DNA from: Eledone cirrhosa
Taxonomy: Eukaryota
Assembly (NCBI GenBank): GCA_964016885.1
Contig: OZ024756.1
Span: forward strand, 3,968,001 to 4,032,000
Direction: 5' to 3'
DNA: 64,000 bases
The translations under genes were made by a program, and so were the position numbers. Shown one piece after another: positions 62,942 to 64,000 of the stretch. The first letter of the stretch is position 1, and every line of letters starts with the position of its first letter. The notes beneath the pieces are model-generated. The model worked only from the letters and a program-made list of their open reading frames with translations. It was not told the origin of the DNA and ran no database searches.

Positions 62942-63505
62942 CAGGGGTTGGACAAAATAATGGAAACACCTGGCATCATAGCATCATAATTTTGAAATAT
63001 CTATAAAACCGTCGAAAGCTTGTTTACTTTTATTGCTCTCGAGGTGGTCTATTAAGCTCTGCAGTAATTTTGGGGGCTGTACTTTTGTGATCCTTTCTAA
63101 CAATTCGCGTAAGAGTCCGACGGCCCCTATCTGAAAGTTTTGGTTTTCTTCCAGAGTTTTGTTTCGACGAGGAGGTTTTCCCCTCTTTCTCAAAGGCTGG
63201 CATTACTTTCGAGACAGTATTTCTTGATACACCAAACATTTCGGCTGTTTTCGTTACGCCAGCGCCTGCCATACGAGCACCAACAATTTGACCTCTTTCA
63301 AAGTCTGATAGATCTGTCATTTTAATGAATTTAATTACCTTTTTCTGATGATATCTGAAAAGAAACAGCAATTTTAACAAAACATATTAAACAACACTAA
63401 TAATAAATCAAAAAACCTAAAAATAAACAAGCTTTTGACGGTTTCATAGATATTTCAAAATTATGATGCTATGATGCTAGGTGTTTCCATTATTTTGTCC
63501 AACCG

Positions 63506-63508
<3 letters not shown>
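62942..63508 (-). mobile_element. Internally deleted Tc1-family DNA transposon (567 bp)
   Basis: ~90-bp TIRs starting CAGGGGTTGGACAAAATAATGGAAACACC; TA flanks; transposase N-terminus retained. Confidence 0.95.
63030..63320 (-). CDS. Truncated Tc1 transposase: paired-like HTH DNA-binding domain only
   Basis: MTDLSDFERGQIVGARMAG..VTKTA..FGVSR.TVSKV....K.NSGRKPKLSDR.RR.L.RIV; no DDE domain. Confidence 0.85.
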   Translation of the reverse strand: MTDLSDFERGQIVGARMAGAGVTKTAEMFGVSRNTVSKVMPAFEKEGKTSSSKQNSGRKPKLSDRGRRTLTRIVRKDHKSTAPKITAELNRPPREQ

Positions 63509-63563
<55 letters not shown>

Positions 63564-63758
63564 ATATATAGGTGAAGTTCAGATGTATATCGGCAAGTGA
63601 CCAGAGTTAAAAGTTAAAATAGGTACTCAATACTTTAGTAGAGTATAGCTATATTTATTTTCTTATAGAAATGAATATTACTGGACTAGAACTGTTTCAT
63701 TCGTAAGAAATCATCATATATATATATATATACATTCTGTATATATATACATTTCCTG

Positions 63759-63804
<46 letters not shown>

Positions 63805-63876
63805 CTAGGAAGTGTAACCTGAAGTTACTGTACGTTCACCCGAGGGAACACTCGGTGCGTTGATTCTATTAGAACA

Positions 63877-63969
63877 GAGAGGTCCGATGAGATTTTGATT
63901 CCAGAGTCGGGCCAGATTGATACAAATCGAACCTTGAGCCGATCAATAGCGAAACGCGCATCACTACTC
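63877..63969 (+). ncRNA. Hammerhead-like motif with CCGATGA core and long stem II
   Basis: GAGAGGT-CCGATGA-GATTTTGATT...GATCAATAGC-GAAA-CGCGCA-TC-ACTACTC, then AATAAA at 63970. Confidence 0.62.
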
Positions 63970-64000
63970 AATAAACATAACAAATCGCCCTTTTATATAT

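Overview
Eukaryotic, gene-poor, repeat-saturated animal DNA. The repeat landscape (huge (TA)n tracts, abundant tRNA-derived SINEs, RTE, Tx1 and Penelope-like retroelements) resembles an octopod cephalopod genome; this is an inference from recollection, not a database result. No host protein-coding gene is supported, and almost all long ORFs in the track are microsatellite artefacts. Recognisable content: a 164-bp satellite (1-2916); an Ingi/Vingi-type LINE 3' end; Penelope-like GIY-YIG and RT fragments; a near full-length decayed RTE LINE; two copies of a bipartite non-autonomous RTE derivative; three copies of a Tx1/L1-clade LINE, one with a 1062-aa open ORF2; an internally deleted Tc1; a hAT MITE carrying minisatellites; about a dozen SINEs. 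The main signal not shown by the ORF track is a dense, diverse set of type-I minimal hammerhead ribozyme (HHR) motifs: at least 6 unrelated sequence families, about 12 full or degenerate motifs. They sit in short non-coding elements inserted into (TA)n as partial tandems or fold-back palindromes. This suggests a system of non-autonomous, ribozyme-bearing (retrozyme/pLTR-like) retroelements mobilised by Penelope-like elements. It includes a two-copy family with a CCGANGA core variant and a long stem II. All folds were derived by eye and need computational and biochemical confirmation.
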